Shown here: positions 1-9,498 of the stretch, one piece after another
Position numbering within the stretch: the first letter of the stretch is position 1
Layout of the letters: each line of letters opens with the position of its first letter
NCBI GenBank assembly: GCA_039810425.1
Contig: JBDHWW010000025.1
Coordinates: 1-43,649, forward strand
From: Pseudobdellovibrionaceae bacterium
GTDB taxonomy: Bacteria; Bdellovibrionota; Bdellovibrionia; Bdellovibrionales; Bdellovibrionaceae
Length of the DNA stretch: 43,649 nt
Reading direction: 5' to 3'
Made by a program: the position numbers and the translations under genes
The notes under the pieces: model-generated
Database searches by the model: none
Seen by the model: the letters and a program-made list of their open reading frames with translations, nothing else
What the model was told of the DNA's origin: nothing

Positions 1-89
1 AATCGTGATACCACGTTCAACACAACAAGAGGTCGCCGCTTCTTAATCGACCATCCACAACAATTTTTAATATCTCTATCATTGGTCAT

Positions 90-1220
90 ATGCCCCTTAA
101 TCTTCCTAGTTCTATTATTCACGGCTATACTGGCGTAACACTTTTCTTTGTAATTTCTGGTTATGTCGTCACGAGATCATTTTTGCATGAGCTGCCACTT
201 CTTGGCGGTGGAATTTCCTCCAAATTAAAAGCAGCATCTACAAATCTTAAGGTTTTTTTCTTGAGACGAATCTACCGCATTCTTCCCTTAGCAGTAATTT
301 GGCTAGTCATATATTACTTGATTGCCCAATTAATTAAACAGTTTGGCGGCGAATATGGATCTGACGAAAGATGGACTAGGGAAATCATTTGGTTTCTTTC
401 AGGATTCTTTAATTATTTTTTTGCTTTTTCAAGATCGCCTGGCCTTTTTGGCCAATATTGGTCTCTTTTCGTCGAAATGCATTTTTATTTTATCTTGCCA
501 TTCTTTCTGATTATCGTTTCGGAAAGAAAAAAGAGAATAAGTTATTCACTTTTTGGAATTGCATTAGTTATCTTTTTATTCAGACCCAACACAGGTGTTG
601 AGTATGCAGCATTTTTAACTCACACTCAGTTCGATGGCCTACTCGCGGGAGTCGTTCTTTATCTTGTCGCTGGCAATAATGACCGCTTCCTACCCAGGGC
701 GGGAGCAATTGTTGAAAGAGTACCGAATTGGTTAAAAACATGCTTTACCATATCACTACTGGCAGTATTGTGGTGGCTTCCGTATAAATTTGGCGGCACG
801 TCTTTACAGAAAGATATGTATATCCTTTATTGCCTTATTTCTTTTATCTTCGTTTGGTTGGCACAAAAAAATCAGAACTGGATTTCTTTCCAAAATTCCA
901 CTATAGACCGTTTTTTTGTGTATCTAGGATCAAGATCTTATGCGCTCTATGTTTGCCATTTGATTTTTTTCTCGGGCCTCTATCCGACTTTAATGTTAAA
1001 AATAACTGAGTATTACCCAAGCTTAGCGAGTAGCGATATATGGCTCTGGTCACAAGTGATCTTTTTATTTTTAGTAGCCCTCCTCTTTAGTGAACTCTCT
1101 TACAGATTCATAGAGGTACCATTTGTCAATTTGGGAAAACAGGCGTGTAAAAACATAACGGGCCACAAATCTCAGACAAGTACTTATAGCAAGCCGCAAA
1201 CCTTTAACGAGACTCCATAA
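90..1220 (+). CDS. Acyltransferase family 3 (AT3/OafA-like) O-acyltransferase, apparently 5'-truncated
   Basis: GVTLFFVISGY, FFLRRIYRILP, YWSLFVEMHFY, YLGSRSYALYVCH and SYRFIEVP motifs; about 10 hydrophobic segments. The N-terminal 'LR-x-H' helix is missing and there is an in-frame TGA at 6-8. Confidence 0.85.
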   Translation: MPLNLPSSIIHGYTGVTLFFVISGYVVTRSFLHELPLLGGGISSKLKAASTNLKVFFLRRIYRILPLAVIWLVIYYLIAQLIKQFGGEYGSDERWTREIIWFLSGFFNYFFAFSRSPGLFGQYWSLFVEMHFYFILPFFLIIVSERKKRISYSLFGIALVIFLFRPNTGVEYAAFLTHTQFDGLLAGVVLYLVAGNNDRFLPRAGAIVERVPNWLKTCFTISLLAVLWWLPYKFGGTSLQKDMYILYCLISFIFVWLAQKNQNWISFQNSTIDRFFVYLGSRSYALYVCHLIFFSGLYPTLMLKITEYYPSLASSDIWLWSQVIFLFLVALLFSELSYRFIEVPFVNLGKQACKNITGHKSQTSTYSKPQTFNETP

Positions 1221-1962
1221 GGCGAACGGGAATATTATTCTTCTGGAGCTCTCGCTTACAGCAGTCTGGTGTCCAGCGCGTGAAATGGAAGATGCTTGCC
1301 GCGGCAACGGCAGAGACTCCCTTTTGAATTGGCGCGACCATATCAATGGGATTCGCAACACCACCACAATAGATGAGTGGAACCTTCACCAGCGGAGCAA
1401 TCATTTCGATAAGTTCGAGATCAACACCCAACATCGTTCCGTCTTTATCGACAGAGTTCAACATCAACTCACCAACACCAAGTTCTTGCAAGCGTAGGAT
1501 CCAATCCTTCGCGTCGATGTCAGTCACTTTGCCTTTAGAGAAAACTTTATAACCATTCTCACTTTTTTTGGTATCGACAGATCCAACGATACACTGTGCG
1601 CCAAAAACTCTCACGGCGTCCGCAACAAACTCAGGTTTCTCAATTGCGATCGTGTTCAAAACAACTTTGTCAGCACCGCGCTCGAGAACCGATCTGATAT
1701 CCTCAATACTGCGAAGACCACCGCCAACAGTTAGTGGCATAAAGCATTCTGAAGCAATTTCTTCGATCGTAAAAAGATCAATCGAACGAGCCTGCTCGCT
1801 CGCATCGATATCCAGCAAAATAAGTTCATCGACATTTCTCGTATTATAGATACGTGCCATTGTGATGGGATTACCTTGATTGCGACGCTCAGTAAACTGA
1901 ATAGTTTTTAAGACTGAATAGCCGTCGATGAGAACAACAGGAATTACACGTGTTTTTAACAT
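1204..1962 (-). CDS. wbuZ: HisF-like cyclase subunit of the glycan amidotransferase trio (WbuZ-like)
   Basis: RVIPV, DELILLDI, PLTVGGG, GADKVVLN, DKDGTMLG and AAASIFHF HisF motifs; in an operon with hisH-like and N-acetyl sugar amidotransferase genes. Confidence 0.85.
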   Translation of the reverse strand: MLKTRVIPVVLIDGYSVLKTIQFTERRNQGNPITMARIYNTRNVDELILLDIDASEQARSIDLFTIEEIASECFMPLTVGGGLRSIEDIRSVLERGADKVVLNTIAIEKPEFVADAVRVFGAQCIVGSVDTKKSENGYKVFSKGKVTDIDAKDWILRLQELGVGELMLNSVDKDGTMLGVDLELIEMIAPLVKVPLIYCGGVANPIDMVAPIQKGVSAVAAASIFHFTRWTPDCCKRELQKNNIPVRLMESR

Positions 1963-2573
1963 GGCAACTCCAGATAGTTTTTTAAAATCTGCAAACCAAC
2001 TTTTTGGCTTCTTTCAGGATGGAACTGCACACCGTAAATATGGCCCTTCTGGACAGCCGCCGGAATCTTATGATCGCCATAAGTGGTGTAGGCAACTTTG
2101 ATCTCAGGGTCTTCCGGAGACACCTCAAAGCTATGAACAAAGTAAAAATCGGAATTATCCGGAATTTTATTAAATAGCGATAAGCCAGATGCGTCGACAG
2201 AGTTCCAGCCCATATGTGGGATTTTAAACTTCTCGCGGTCAATCTTTAGACCGACGACACTTCCCTGAAGCAAATCAAGCCCTGAGGATTCATCGCCCTC
2301 AAAACCCCTACTAAAAAGAAGTTGCATACCTAAGCAAATACCGAATAGTGGCTTCTTTTCAACAAGCACCTCATGACGAATCGCTTGCTTCCATTCTTGC
2401 TTGTCTAGCAAGCCTGAAGCGACACAAAAGCTGCCGACACCAGGAAATAGAATTTTCGAAGCTTGCTTTAGAGCAGCAGGCTCCTGAGCCAATTCGTATT
2501 CAGCACCTAAAAAGCTTAGGGCTCTTTTAACGCTGCCAATATTTCCGACACCAATATCTACAACTGTGATCAT
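1956..2573 (-). CDS. wbuY: HisH-like glutamine amidotransferase (WbuY-like)
   Basis: PGVGSF, GICLGMQLL (catalytic Cys), PHMGWN, YFVHSF and QFHPE motifs. Confidence 0.9.
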   Translation of the reverse strand: MITVVDIGVGNIGSVKRALSFLGAEYELAQEPAALKQASKILFPGVGSFCVASGLLDKQEWKQAIRHEVLVEKKPLFGICLGMQLLFSRGFEGDESSGLDLLQGSVVGLKIDREKFKIPHMGWNSVDASGLSLFNKIPDNSDFYFVHSFEVSPEDPEIKVAYTTYGDHKIPAAVQKGHIYGVQFHPERSQKVGLQILKNYLELPC

Positions 2574-3712
2574 AGTTTTTGCGGAACAAATTTACGAGTC
2601 AGGTTCCCCTGGGCATCCTTTATCAAACGGCCCTGAGCATCACACTCAAAAATTCTTTTGTTCGTGAAACGATCTAGATTCGTAGTGAATTCTTTTTCAG
2701 TAATACCGAGGTACCTGAGGAAATCCGGAACATACTTCCAAGGAACTTTTCCCTCAGAGCTCTTTAACAACTCATCAATCGCCTGATTACGAGTCAAGCG
2801 GCCATGACGAACTTCAATGCAGAGCTGATCGGTCGCTCGTGCATAACCATACTTCAAGAACTTCATATAATCATGAAGGCCACCGATCCATTTACAGTCT
2901 AAGTTCTCATAAGGGTTCCAGGCGTTCTCAACAGGACCGTCTGGATTTTGATGCCAGCCCAAAGCAAGAGCTGATTCGATATTGTGCTGAGTATCCCATT
3001 TCGTAAAGTAACCGAGGAACAAGCCAGTCACTCCCACTTTGTGAATCTCTTCATCAGATGGGTAATGGAAAGTTTTAATCTCATTCAGTTTGATGCCATC
3101 ATGAACCACGTCTTCGATACGATGACCAAGCATCTGAAACTGCTCAAGCCAGTTTCTATCGAGGAAGTTATTATCTTTCTTCGTTGCTGGACCGCCGTAC
3201 TCAAACTGACTGTTCTCGCCCCAGATAATCAACGGAACATTGTACTGAACAGCGACTCTAACCGGAGCTGTGAAAATACCAATGTGTTCAGGCCAGCAAG
3301 AGTCTCCGAGTGTAAAGAATCCGATACGAACCATTTCGCGGTAAGCTTTTCTATTGGCGCCGACTTGAATAAGATCGAACCCCAATTCGCGCAAGAAAGT
3401 CAGATTCTGCGCCCCTACTTCCGTCATTTCACAAGGTGTGTGATTCACACACAGGGGATTCATTCCATATTTATCCCGCATAGTTAGCGCTTGGTAGACT
3501 GAATCCTTGCCCCCACTCACCGGAATGATGCAATCATATTTAGAACCGTCAGAACGATATTTATCTAACAAAGCACGAAATTCTTTATCTCTAGCATCCC
3601 AATCAATTTGCGCTTTTCTTTCAACCGAATGACAAGCATCACAGATGCCGTTGGCATCAAAGACTTGTTCAGGGCGAGTCGAAGGCATTAAACACTTTTT
3701 ACAATACTTCAT
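2570..3712 (-). CDS. wbuX: N-acetyl sugar amidotransferase (WbuX/PseA/WbpG family)
   Basis: MKYCKKC...ICDAC Cys motif, YDCIIPVSGGKDS PP-loop, IIWGEN, KFLKYGYARATD. Start moved from 3787 to the ATG at 3712, which has GGGGA upstream. Confidence 0.9.
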   Translation of the reverse strand: MKYCKKCLMPSTRPEQVFDANGICDACHSVERKAQIDWDARDKEFRALLDKYRSDGSKYDCIIPVSGGKDSVYQALTMRDKYGMNPLCVNHTPCEMTEVGAQNLTFLRELGFDLIQVGANRKAYREMVRIGFFTLGDSCWPEHIGIFTAPVRVAVQYNVPLIIWGENSQFEYGGPATKKDNNFLDRNWLEQFQMLGHRIEDVVHDGIKLNEIKTFHYPSDEEIHKVGVTGLFLGYFTKWDTQHNIESALALGWHQNPDGPVENAWNPYENLDCKWIGGLHDYMKFLKYGYARATDQLCIEVRHGRLTRNQAIDELLKSSEGKVPWKYVPDFLRYLGITEKEFTTNLDRFTNKRIFECDAQGRLIKDAQGNLTRKFVPQKL

Positions 3713-3894
3713 AGCGATCCCCACTTGAGCTTTCTTTAGTAGCTCAGTATCTTCCAAAAAACAGCTACGTAAGAGAGCTAAATGCATATTCGATGCCTAG
3801 CGTTACAAGCGCTGGTACCGCATGACCTATGGACATTTTTTCGGACAGATATATAATCAAGACCTGTTTTAATTCCCAATCTCAGAGAGAAATC

Positions 3895-4968
3895 ATGTCG
3901 AGTCAAAATCAAATCCAAGTCGGTACATATACTATCGGATCACAGGCCAAGCCATTTCTCATTGCTGAGATGTCTGGCAACCATAACCAGTCGCTTGAAA
4001 GAGCCCTTAAAATCGTCGACGCCGCGGCTGCCGCAGGCGCTCATGCGCTGAAACTGCAGACTTACACCGCCGATACGATGACTTTGGATCTTAAAAATAA
4101 TGAGTTTTTTATCTCCGACAACCAAAGCCTCTGGAAAGGCCGTAGCCTTTATGACCTCTACAAAGAGGCCTACACCCCTTGGGAATGGCATAAGCCAATC
4201 TTCGACCGCTGCAAAGAGCTCGGGATGATTGGCTTCAGCACGCCCTTTGACGAATCTGCCGTGGACTTCTTGGAGTCCTTGGATGTTCCGATTTACAAGA
4301 TTGCTTCTTTTGAGAATACTTGCATTCCGCTAATCAAAAAAATCGCAACAACTAAAAAACCAATCATCATGTCGACAGGCATGGCAACCGTTGGCGAATT
4401 AGATGAATCCGTAGCGGTGCTCAAGAACGCCGGCTGCAAAGATCTCGTATTGCTCAAATGCACCAGCACCTATCCCGCAACCCCTGAAAACACCAACATC
4501 AGCACAATTCCCCATATGAGAAATCTATTTGATGTCCAAGTCGGCCTATCAGACCACACTATGGGCTGCGGTGTTGCTGTTGCCTCCGTCGCGTTGGGTG
4601 CAACTGTCATCGAAAAGCACTTTACACTGAGCCGCGCTGACGGCGGCGTCGACTCAACGTTCTCTCTAGAGCCTGCCGAGTTCAAAATGCTCGCAACAGA
4701 AACGGAGCGCGCTTGGTTATCCCTAGGCAAGGTTCACTACGGCGTCTCTTCGGCTCAAGAGCAAAAATCAAAAGCCTTCCGTCGAAGCGTTTACGTCGCT
4801 CAAAATATTAAAAAAGGCGAAACGCTCACGGCTGAAAATATCCGCTGCATTCGCCCTGGCTTTGGCCTTCCAACGAAGTATTATGAAGAGGCTATTGGCC
4901 AAACTGCGACCCGTGATATGGGACCTGGACACCCATTGACTATGGCTGACTACTCTAAAAAGTCTTAA
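3895..4968 (+). CDS. pseI: Pseudaminic acid synthase
   Basis: IAEMSGNHNQSLERA, KLQTYTADTMT, AYTPWEWH, KIASFE, LLKCTSTYP, GLSDHT and a C-terminal SAF domain. Likely start is the ATG at 3895 (track starts at 3829). Confidence 0.93.
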   Translation: MSSQNQIQVGTYTIGSQAKPFLIAEMSGNHNQSLERALKIVDAAAAAGAHALKLQTYTADTMTLDLKNNEFFISDNQSLWKGRSLYDLYKEAYTPWEWHKPIFDRCKELGMIGFSTPFDESAVDFLESLDVPIYKIASFENTCIPLIKKIATTKKPIIMSTGMATVGELDESVAVLKNAGCKDLVLLKCTSTYPATPENTNISTIPHMRNLFDVQVGLSDHTMGCGVAVASVALGATVIEKHFTLSRADGGVDSTFSLEPAEFKMLATETERAWLSLGKVHYGVSSAQEQKSKAFRRSVYVAQNIKKGETLTAENIRCIRPGFGLPTKYYEEAIGQTATRDMGPGHPLTMADYSKKS

Positions 4969-4969
4969 C

Positions 4970-5971
4970 ATGAACATCATAGTCCGGACTGATTTTGCAG
5001 TTGAAATTGGCAGCGGACACCTCGCAAGGTGCCTCACAATTTGCGACTTGCTGAAAGCTACGGCCGGATCTATTACAATTGCGACCACCACCCCCCCCAA
5101 TCCTCTTCATCGAAAAATTCTCGATGCCGGCTATAAGATCTTACAAGTTCCCGCTGGCCTCAACGAAGCGGATGATGCTGCTTTTTGCTATCAGTGGATA
5201 CATAGCCAGGGCGCCTCTGGCTGGAGCATGATCGTAGATCATTACCGCCTTGGCAAAATGTGGGAATCGCTTTTTTTCCGCGAATATAAAATACTTGCCG
5301 TTGATGACATGCTTCGCGAACACCTATGCCACGGTCTTCTCGATTCAAACTACAGGGTAAGTTACGATTCACTCTATACCAGCAAAGTTCCTGAAGCTTG
5401 CTCCCTGCTTTTAGGCCCGAAATATTTCCCACTACGCCAGGAATTTATCGAGCAAAAAAAGAGACAGACAGCACCGAGAAACCACCAAGTCATGGTTTGC
5501 TTTGGCGGCACGGATCCTACAGGCGAAACCCTCAAGTTTTTGCAACAAGTACAACCTGAGAAATTCACTTACAAAGTCGTCCTTCCCTCTTCACATGGTC
5601 AGTTTGAAAAAATACGTGCGATGAATCCACCAAAAAACGTTGAAGTCATCGTCAATCCGCCGATGGCGGCACTCATGGCCGAATCCGAGATCTATCTCGG
5701 AAGCGGCGGCACGATCACTTGGGAGCGTCTTTATATGGGCCTTCCAGGATTAATAGTGACGGTAGCAGATAATCAGGTTGAAAATGCGATTACGCTAGAG
5801 AACCAAAAACTTCACTCTTATTTGGGTCATTGGAATCAAGTGTCTTATCAGCATATAGAACAAAGGATTTCAGATACTTTTACCGATGCGAAAAAAACTC
5901 AAATGCGAAAAACTGCCGAGCAGATCGTTCAACCTCTGGTTTTAAGTAAATTGGCGTTTTTATTAACCTAA
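4970..5971 (+). CDS. pseG: UDP-2,4-diacetamido-2,4,6-trideoxy-beta-L-altropyranose hydrolase
   Basis: RTD..EIGSGHLARCLT, IVDHY, LLGPKYFPLRQEF, FGGTDP, SGGTITWER, VADNQ. Confidence 0.88.
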   Translation: MNIIVRTDFAVEIGSGHLARCLTICDLLKATAGSITIATTTPPNPLHRKILDAGYKILQVPAGLNEADDAAFCYQWIHSQGASGWSMIVDHYRLGKMWESLFFREYKILAVDDMLREHLCHGLLDSNYRVSYDSLYTSKVPEACSLLLGPKYFPLRQEFIEQKKRQTAPRNHQVMVCFGGTDPTGETLKFLQQVQPEKFTYKVVLPSSHGQFEKIRAMNPPKNVEVIVNPPMAALMAESEIYLGSGGTITWERLYMGLPGLIVTVADNQVENAITLENQKLHSYLGHWNQVSYQHIEQRISDTFTDAKKTQMRKTAEQIVQPLVLSKLAFLLT

Positions 5972-6400
5972 GTTCCAGGTCTGAACTTCATTTTCCGTAC
6001 TCACCAGACGAAACCCAGCGGCTTCCGTCATTTTTGATGAAGCAAGATTGGCAACCTTAATTCTGGCGCGCAAAGGTCGCTCTTGGAACTCTTGCACAAA
6101 CTCAGCAAGCATTCGTTTTCCAAAGCCCTGGCCACGTTTAAGAGGCGAAAGCTGCCATGACAGCTCTGAATATCCTTCTGTATAACGATCTACGCGCATA
6201 GTCCCTACAAGCTCTTGCCCGACTTCGTAGACAAATAATTGACGTCCTTGATTCGCGAGAGATTTTTCAAACCATTTCTGATGATCTTCCCAGGAGATCA
6301 AATCTGAAGACAGAGAGCTTTTACGGGTCAGCTCATCATTGCGCCATTCGAAAAATGTCCTAGAGTCTGATGAGATTGCTTTTCTAAACATTGAGCACAA
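5963..6400 (-). CDS. pseH: GNAT N-acetyltransferase, PseH-like
   Basis: FEWRNDELTRKSS...ISWEDHQKWF, RGQGFG AcCoA motif, NLAS..GF; last gene of the pseBCF run. Confidence 0.75.
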   Translation of the reverse strand: MCSMFRKAISSDSRTFFEWRNDELTRKSSLSSDLISWEDHQKWFEKSLANQGRQLFVYEVGQELVGTMRVDRYTEGYSELSWQLSPLKRGQGFGKRMLAEFVQEFQERPLRARIKVANLASSKMTEAAGFRLVSTENEVQTWNLG

Positions 6401-6403
6401 TCC

Positions 6404-7153
6404 CTATATCTTCTTTTGAACAATATCTTTGTTAATCATTAAAAGCTCGGGGTGCTGATTGAGCACTTGGATGATTTCACCGTAAGACTTCGATTCACAA
6501 CCATAGTCTTCAATCAATTTCTGCACCAAAACAAAGTCCTCTGGGACATCAACCGTTAAACGGTACTCTGAGAAATCACCCAATGGATTCGGGATGTGCA
6601 AAAGACGAACGGATGGGTCCTTCTTATTGTACAAATACGGCGTTACATGCTCTCGCTCAGCAGGTTCTTTTGCGGTCTCGAACGCTTTCTTGAGCATCTC
6701 AAAGCTAAAAATTTCAAAGTCGAAACCACGAGGAAACTGTCTTTGAATCACGTTAGAGTAATAACAGTTTTTATAGTCTTCGATCTTTAAGTAATTTTTG
6801 ACAGATTCAGCGATTAAGGTCCCATCAATCAGCGGACAGTCCGATGTCACTCGCACGACCACATCCAACTGAAACTGCTCGGCGCATCCGTAAAAACGAG
6901 CCAAAACATCTTCTAACGAGCCCGCAAAGGACTGACAACCAAACTGTGAAGCAATGTCAGTGATTTTATGAGATCCCTCTTCATTTGTCGTAGCAACAAA
7001 GACAGGAAGTTCAGATTTGTTCAGACGCTGAAGATGATACTCAAGTAGCGTTTTACCCGCGATGGTTTTTAAAACTTTAGCCGGCAATCTCGTACTGCCA
7101 ATGCGGGCCTGAGTAATAATGCCTACGCGAGGTGTGGTACTATTTTTTACCAT
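6404..7153 (-). CDS. pseF: SpsF-type acylneuraminate cytidylyltransferase (PseF role)
   Basis: ITQARIGSTRLPAKVL, GSLEDVLARF, RVTSDCPLID, EREHVTPY, RLTVDVPED; directly after pseC. Confidence 0.8.
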   Translation of the reverse strand: MVKNSTTPRVGIITQARIGSTRLPAKVLKTIAGKTLLEYHLQRLNKSELPVFVATTNEEGSHKITDIASQFGCQSFAGSLEDVLARFYGCAEQFQLDVVVRVTSDCPLIDGTLIAESVKNYLKIEDYKNCYYSNVIQRQFPRGFDFEIFSFEMLKKAFETAKEPAEREHVTPYLYNKKDPSVRLLHIPNPLGDFSEYRLTVDVPEDFVLVQKLIEDYGCESKSYGEIIQVLNQHPELLMINKDIVQKKI

Positions 7154-8291
7154 AGAACTCGTTGATACATTCGATCACATAAGCCTGCTCAACATCACTC
7201 ATGCCGTGATACATCGGTAAGCTCAATGCCTTTGAGTAGTATGTTTCCATGTTGGCGAAACTCTGGGAACCATAGAGTTTCACATAGTACGGCTGACGAT
7301 AGATTGGAATATAGTGAACTTGGCAAAAGACATTCTTCGACTTTAAGAACTCATAAAGTTCAAGACGTCGGTCTGTTTGAATAACAAAAAGATGGTAGGC
7401 ATGTGTGCCACCTTCTGGATCTTTCGGTAAACCAATCGGCACTCCTGCGAGTTTCTTTCTATAAGTAGCAGCGATCTCATTTCTTCTAGAAATATTTCTA
7501 TCCATTCGCTTCATCTGAGACGCACCGAGTGCACAAAGCACATCAGAAATTCGGTAGTTAAAACCAAGTTCCGTCATCTCATAGTACCAGCCCCCATCAT
7601 GAGCCGTCATTTCAGACGGTTCACGGGTAATGCCATGAGTTCTAAGGAGTTTCATTTTTTTATAAAGCTCTTCGGATTTCGTAGCGACGGCGCCACCTTC
7701 ACCAGTTGCGACGTGCTTTACAGGGTGGAATGAAAAGACAGCTATGTCTGCGTACTCCCCGTTTCCGCTTTTGTGAGTCACCCCTTTAGAGTCTTTGAAG
7801 CTGGCCCCAACAGCATGACAAGCATCTTCGATAATCCAAAGACCATGCTTATCAGCAATTTGGCGAAGTTTTTCAAAGTTGATAGGATAACCGGCAAAAT
7901 CAACCGCTACGATCCCCTTGTAGTAGCCCGCCGACTTTTCTGCTAGGCGCTTTTCAAGATGTTCGAAGCTCAAACAAAAATCTTGAGGATTAATATCGAC
8001 GAAATCAACGTCGCCACCGCAGTAACGAATGCAGTTTGCAGACGCCACAAAAGAATTCGAAGTGACGAGAACTTTATCGCCAGGTTTCACGCCCAAGGCC
8101 GAAGCCGCCAGATGCAAAGCCGTCGTGCCATTGTTCACTGCCAGCGTCTTTGTTCCTCCGAGCAAGGCAGTCAGAGACTTTTCAAAAGCCTCCACAGCCG
8201 GCCCCTGAGTGAGAAAATCAGACTTTAGCACTTCAATGACACTATCAATGTCTTCTTGCTGGATGCTCTGACGTCCGTAAGGGATTTTCAT
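7140..8291 (-). CDS. pseC: UDP-4-amino-4,6-dideoxy-N-acetyl-beta-L-altrosamine transaminase
   Basis: IPYGRQSI..EDI..V..VLKSDFLTQGP, EDACHA, FSFHPVKH..TGEGG, LGFNYR, QVHYIP. Confidence 0.93.
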   Translation of the reverse strand: MKIPYGRQSIQQEDIDSVIEVLKSDFLTQGPAVEAFEKSLTALLGGTKTLAVNNGTTALHLAASALGVKPGDKVLVTSNSFVASANCIRYCGGDVDFVDINPQDFCLSFEHLEKRLAEKSAGYYKGIVAVDFAGYPINFEKLRQIADKHGLWIIEDACHAVGASFKDSKGVTHKSGNGEYADIAVFSFHPVKHVATGEGGAVATKSEELYKKMKLLRTHGITREPSEMTAHDGGWYYEMTELGFNYRISDVLCALGASQMKRMDRNISRRNEIAATYRKKLAGVPIGLPKDPEGGTHAYHLFVIQTDRRLELYEFLKSKNVFCQVHYIPIYRQPYYVKLYGSQSFANMETYYSKALSLPMYHGMSDVEQAYVIECINEFYGKK

Positions 8292-8300
8292 AAATACCTT

Positions 8301-9311
8301 TTAAACTGTAAATTGAGGATCAACGTGCTGCTTAATTTGACCGCGAATCTCTTCCACAGTCAGCCACTCCGTATTACTTCCGGAGTTGTACTTGAAACCT
8401 TCTGGAACTTTTTTCGCTCCAAACTTTTTCGTCCAATCCTGCAGATCCCACACTGGCAGACCTGGCAAAATCACGTAGTACTTACCGCAATCCCAAGTAT
8501 TCAGAGAATCCGTCTCAGTAATCATCTCTTCGTGGAGCTTTTCACCAGGGCGAATTCCTACGACTTCAGTTTTACATTGTGGCGCAACCGCTTCTGCAAT
8601 CGCATTAATTTTGTAAGATGGAATTTTTGGTACGTAAAGTTCACCACCCCAAGAGTTCTCAATGGCATGTAGAACCATTTGAACACCTTCTTCAAGAGTG
8701 ATGTTAAAACGAGTCATGCCTTCGTGGGTGATTGGCAAAGTTCCGGTCTTACGTTTTTCGAGGAAGAACGGCACCACCGAGCCCCTTGAACCAAGCACGT
8801 TTCCATAGCGAACGACAGAGAAACGAAGGTCTCTTTTACCTTTGAAGTTATTAGCCGCCACAAAAAGTTTGTCAGAACAGAGCTTTGTCGCACCATAGAG
8901 ATTAATCGGTGCCGCGGCCTTATCGGTCGACAGTGCAACGACTTTCTTTACGCCACAGTCCATAGCCGCATTGACGATATTCTCGGCGCCGATCACGTTC
9001 GTTTTAATACACTCGATCGGGTTGTACTCCGCCGTTGGAACCTGTTTCAAAGCCGCTGCATGGACGACGATATCTATGTCTTCGAAGGCTCTCTTTACGC
9101 GCTCAGCATCACGCACATCGCCGATGAAATAGCGGATCTGAGGGTATTTAGACTCGGGAAACTTCAGAGACATTTCGTATTGCTTCAGTTCGTCGCGGGA
9201 AAAAACAACAATTCGTTTTACCTCAGGATACTTTTTGAGAATAACTTCGACAAACTTCTTACCGAAAGAGCCTGTCCCACCCGTCACTAAAATACTTTTG
9301 CCGCTGAGCAT
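8301..9311 (-). CDS. pseB: UDP-N-acetylglucosamine 4,6-dehydratase (inverting)
   Basis: TGGTGSFG, FSRDELKQ, HAAALKQVP.AEYNP, STDKAA.PINLYGATKL, RYGNV.GSRGSV, GIRPGEKLHE. Confidence 0.95.
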   Translation of the reverse strand: MLSGKSILVTGGTGSFGKKFVEVILKKYPEVKRIVVFSRDELKQYEMSLKFPESKYPQIRYFIGDVRDAERVKRAFEDIDIVVHAAALKQVPTAEYNPIECIKTNVIGAENIVNAAMDCGVKKVVALSTDKAAAPINLYGATKLCSDKLFVAANNFKGKRDLRFSVVRYGNVLGSRGSVVPFFLEKRKTGTLPITHEGMTRFNITLEEGVQMVLHAIENSWGGELYVPKIPSYKINAIAEAVAPQCKTEVVGIRPGEKLHEEMITETDSLNTWDCGKYYVILPGLPVWDLQDWTKKFGAKKVPEGFKYNSGSNTEWLTVEEIRGQIKQHVDPQFTV

Positions 9312-9498
9312 TGTTTTTTTACCTTTGAGAGCTAAGATTGAAGGGAGAGAATAACAACTGCATTTTTAAAAATCAATTTAAATGCCCAGCAACTCTAATA
9401 CTGCCAGGATTATTGCCCTCATTAAAGGTGCGTTGGACCAGAGCAAATATTTACAATTACGCATCGGGCTGCTAACTTCTCCCGATATTAATAACCCT

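Noticed and set aside
1204..2573. hisF/hisH as histidine biosynthesis genes
   Set aside because: They are coupled to an N-acetyl sugar amidotransferase inside a glycan locus and no other his genes are present
5091..5098. Short C-run in pseG as a phase-variation tract
   Set aside because: Only about 7 C, in frame, and below typical contingency-tract length
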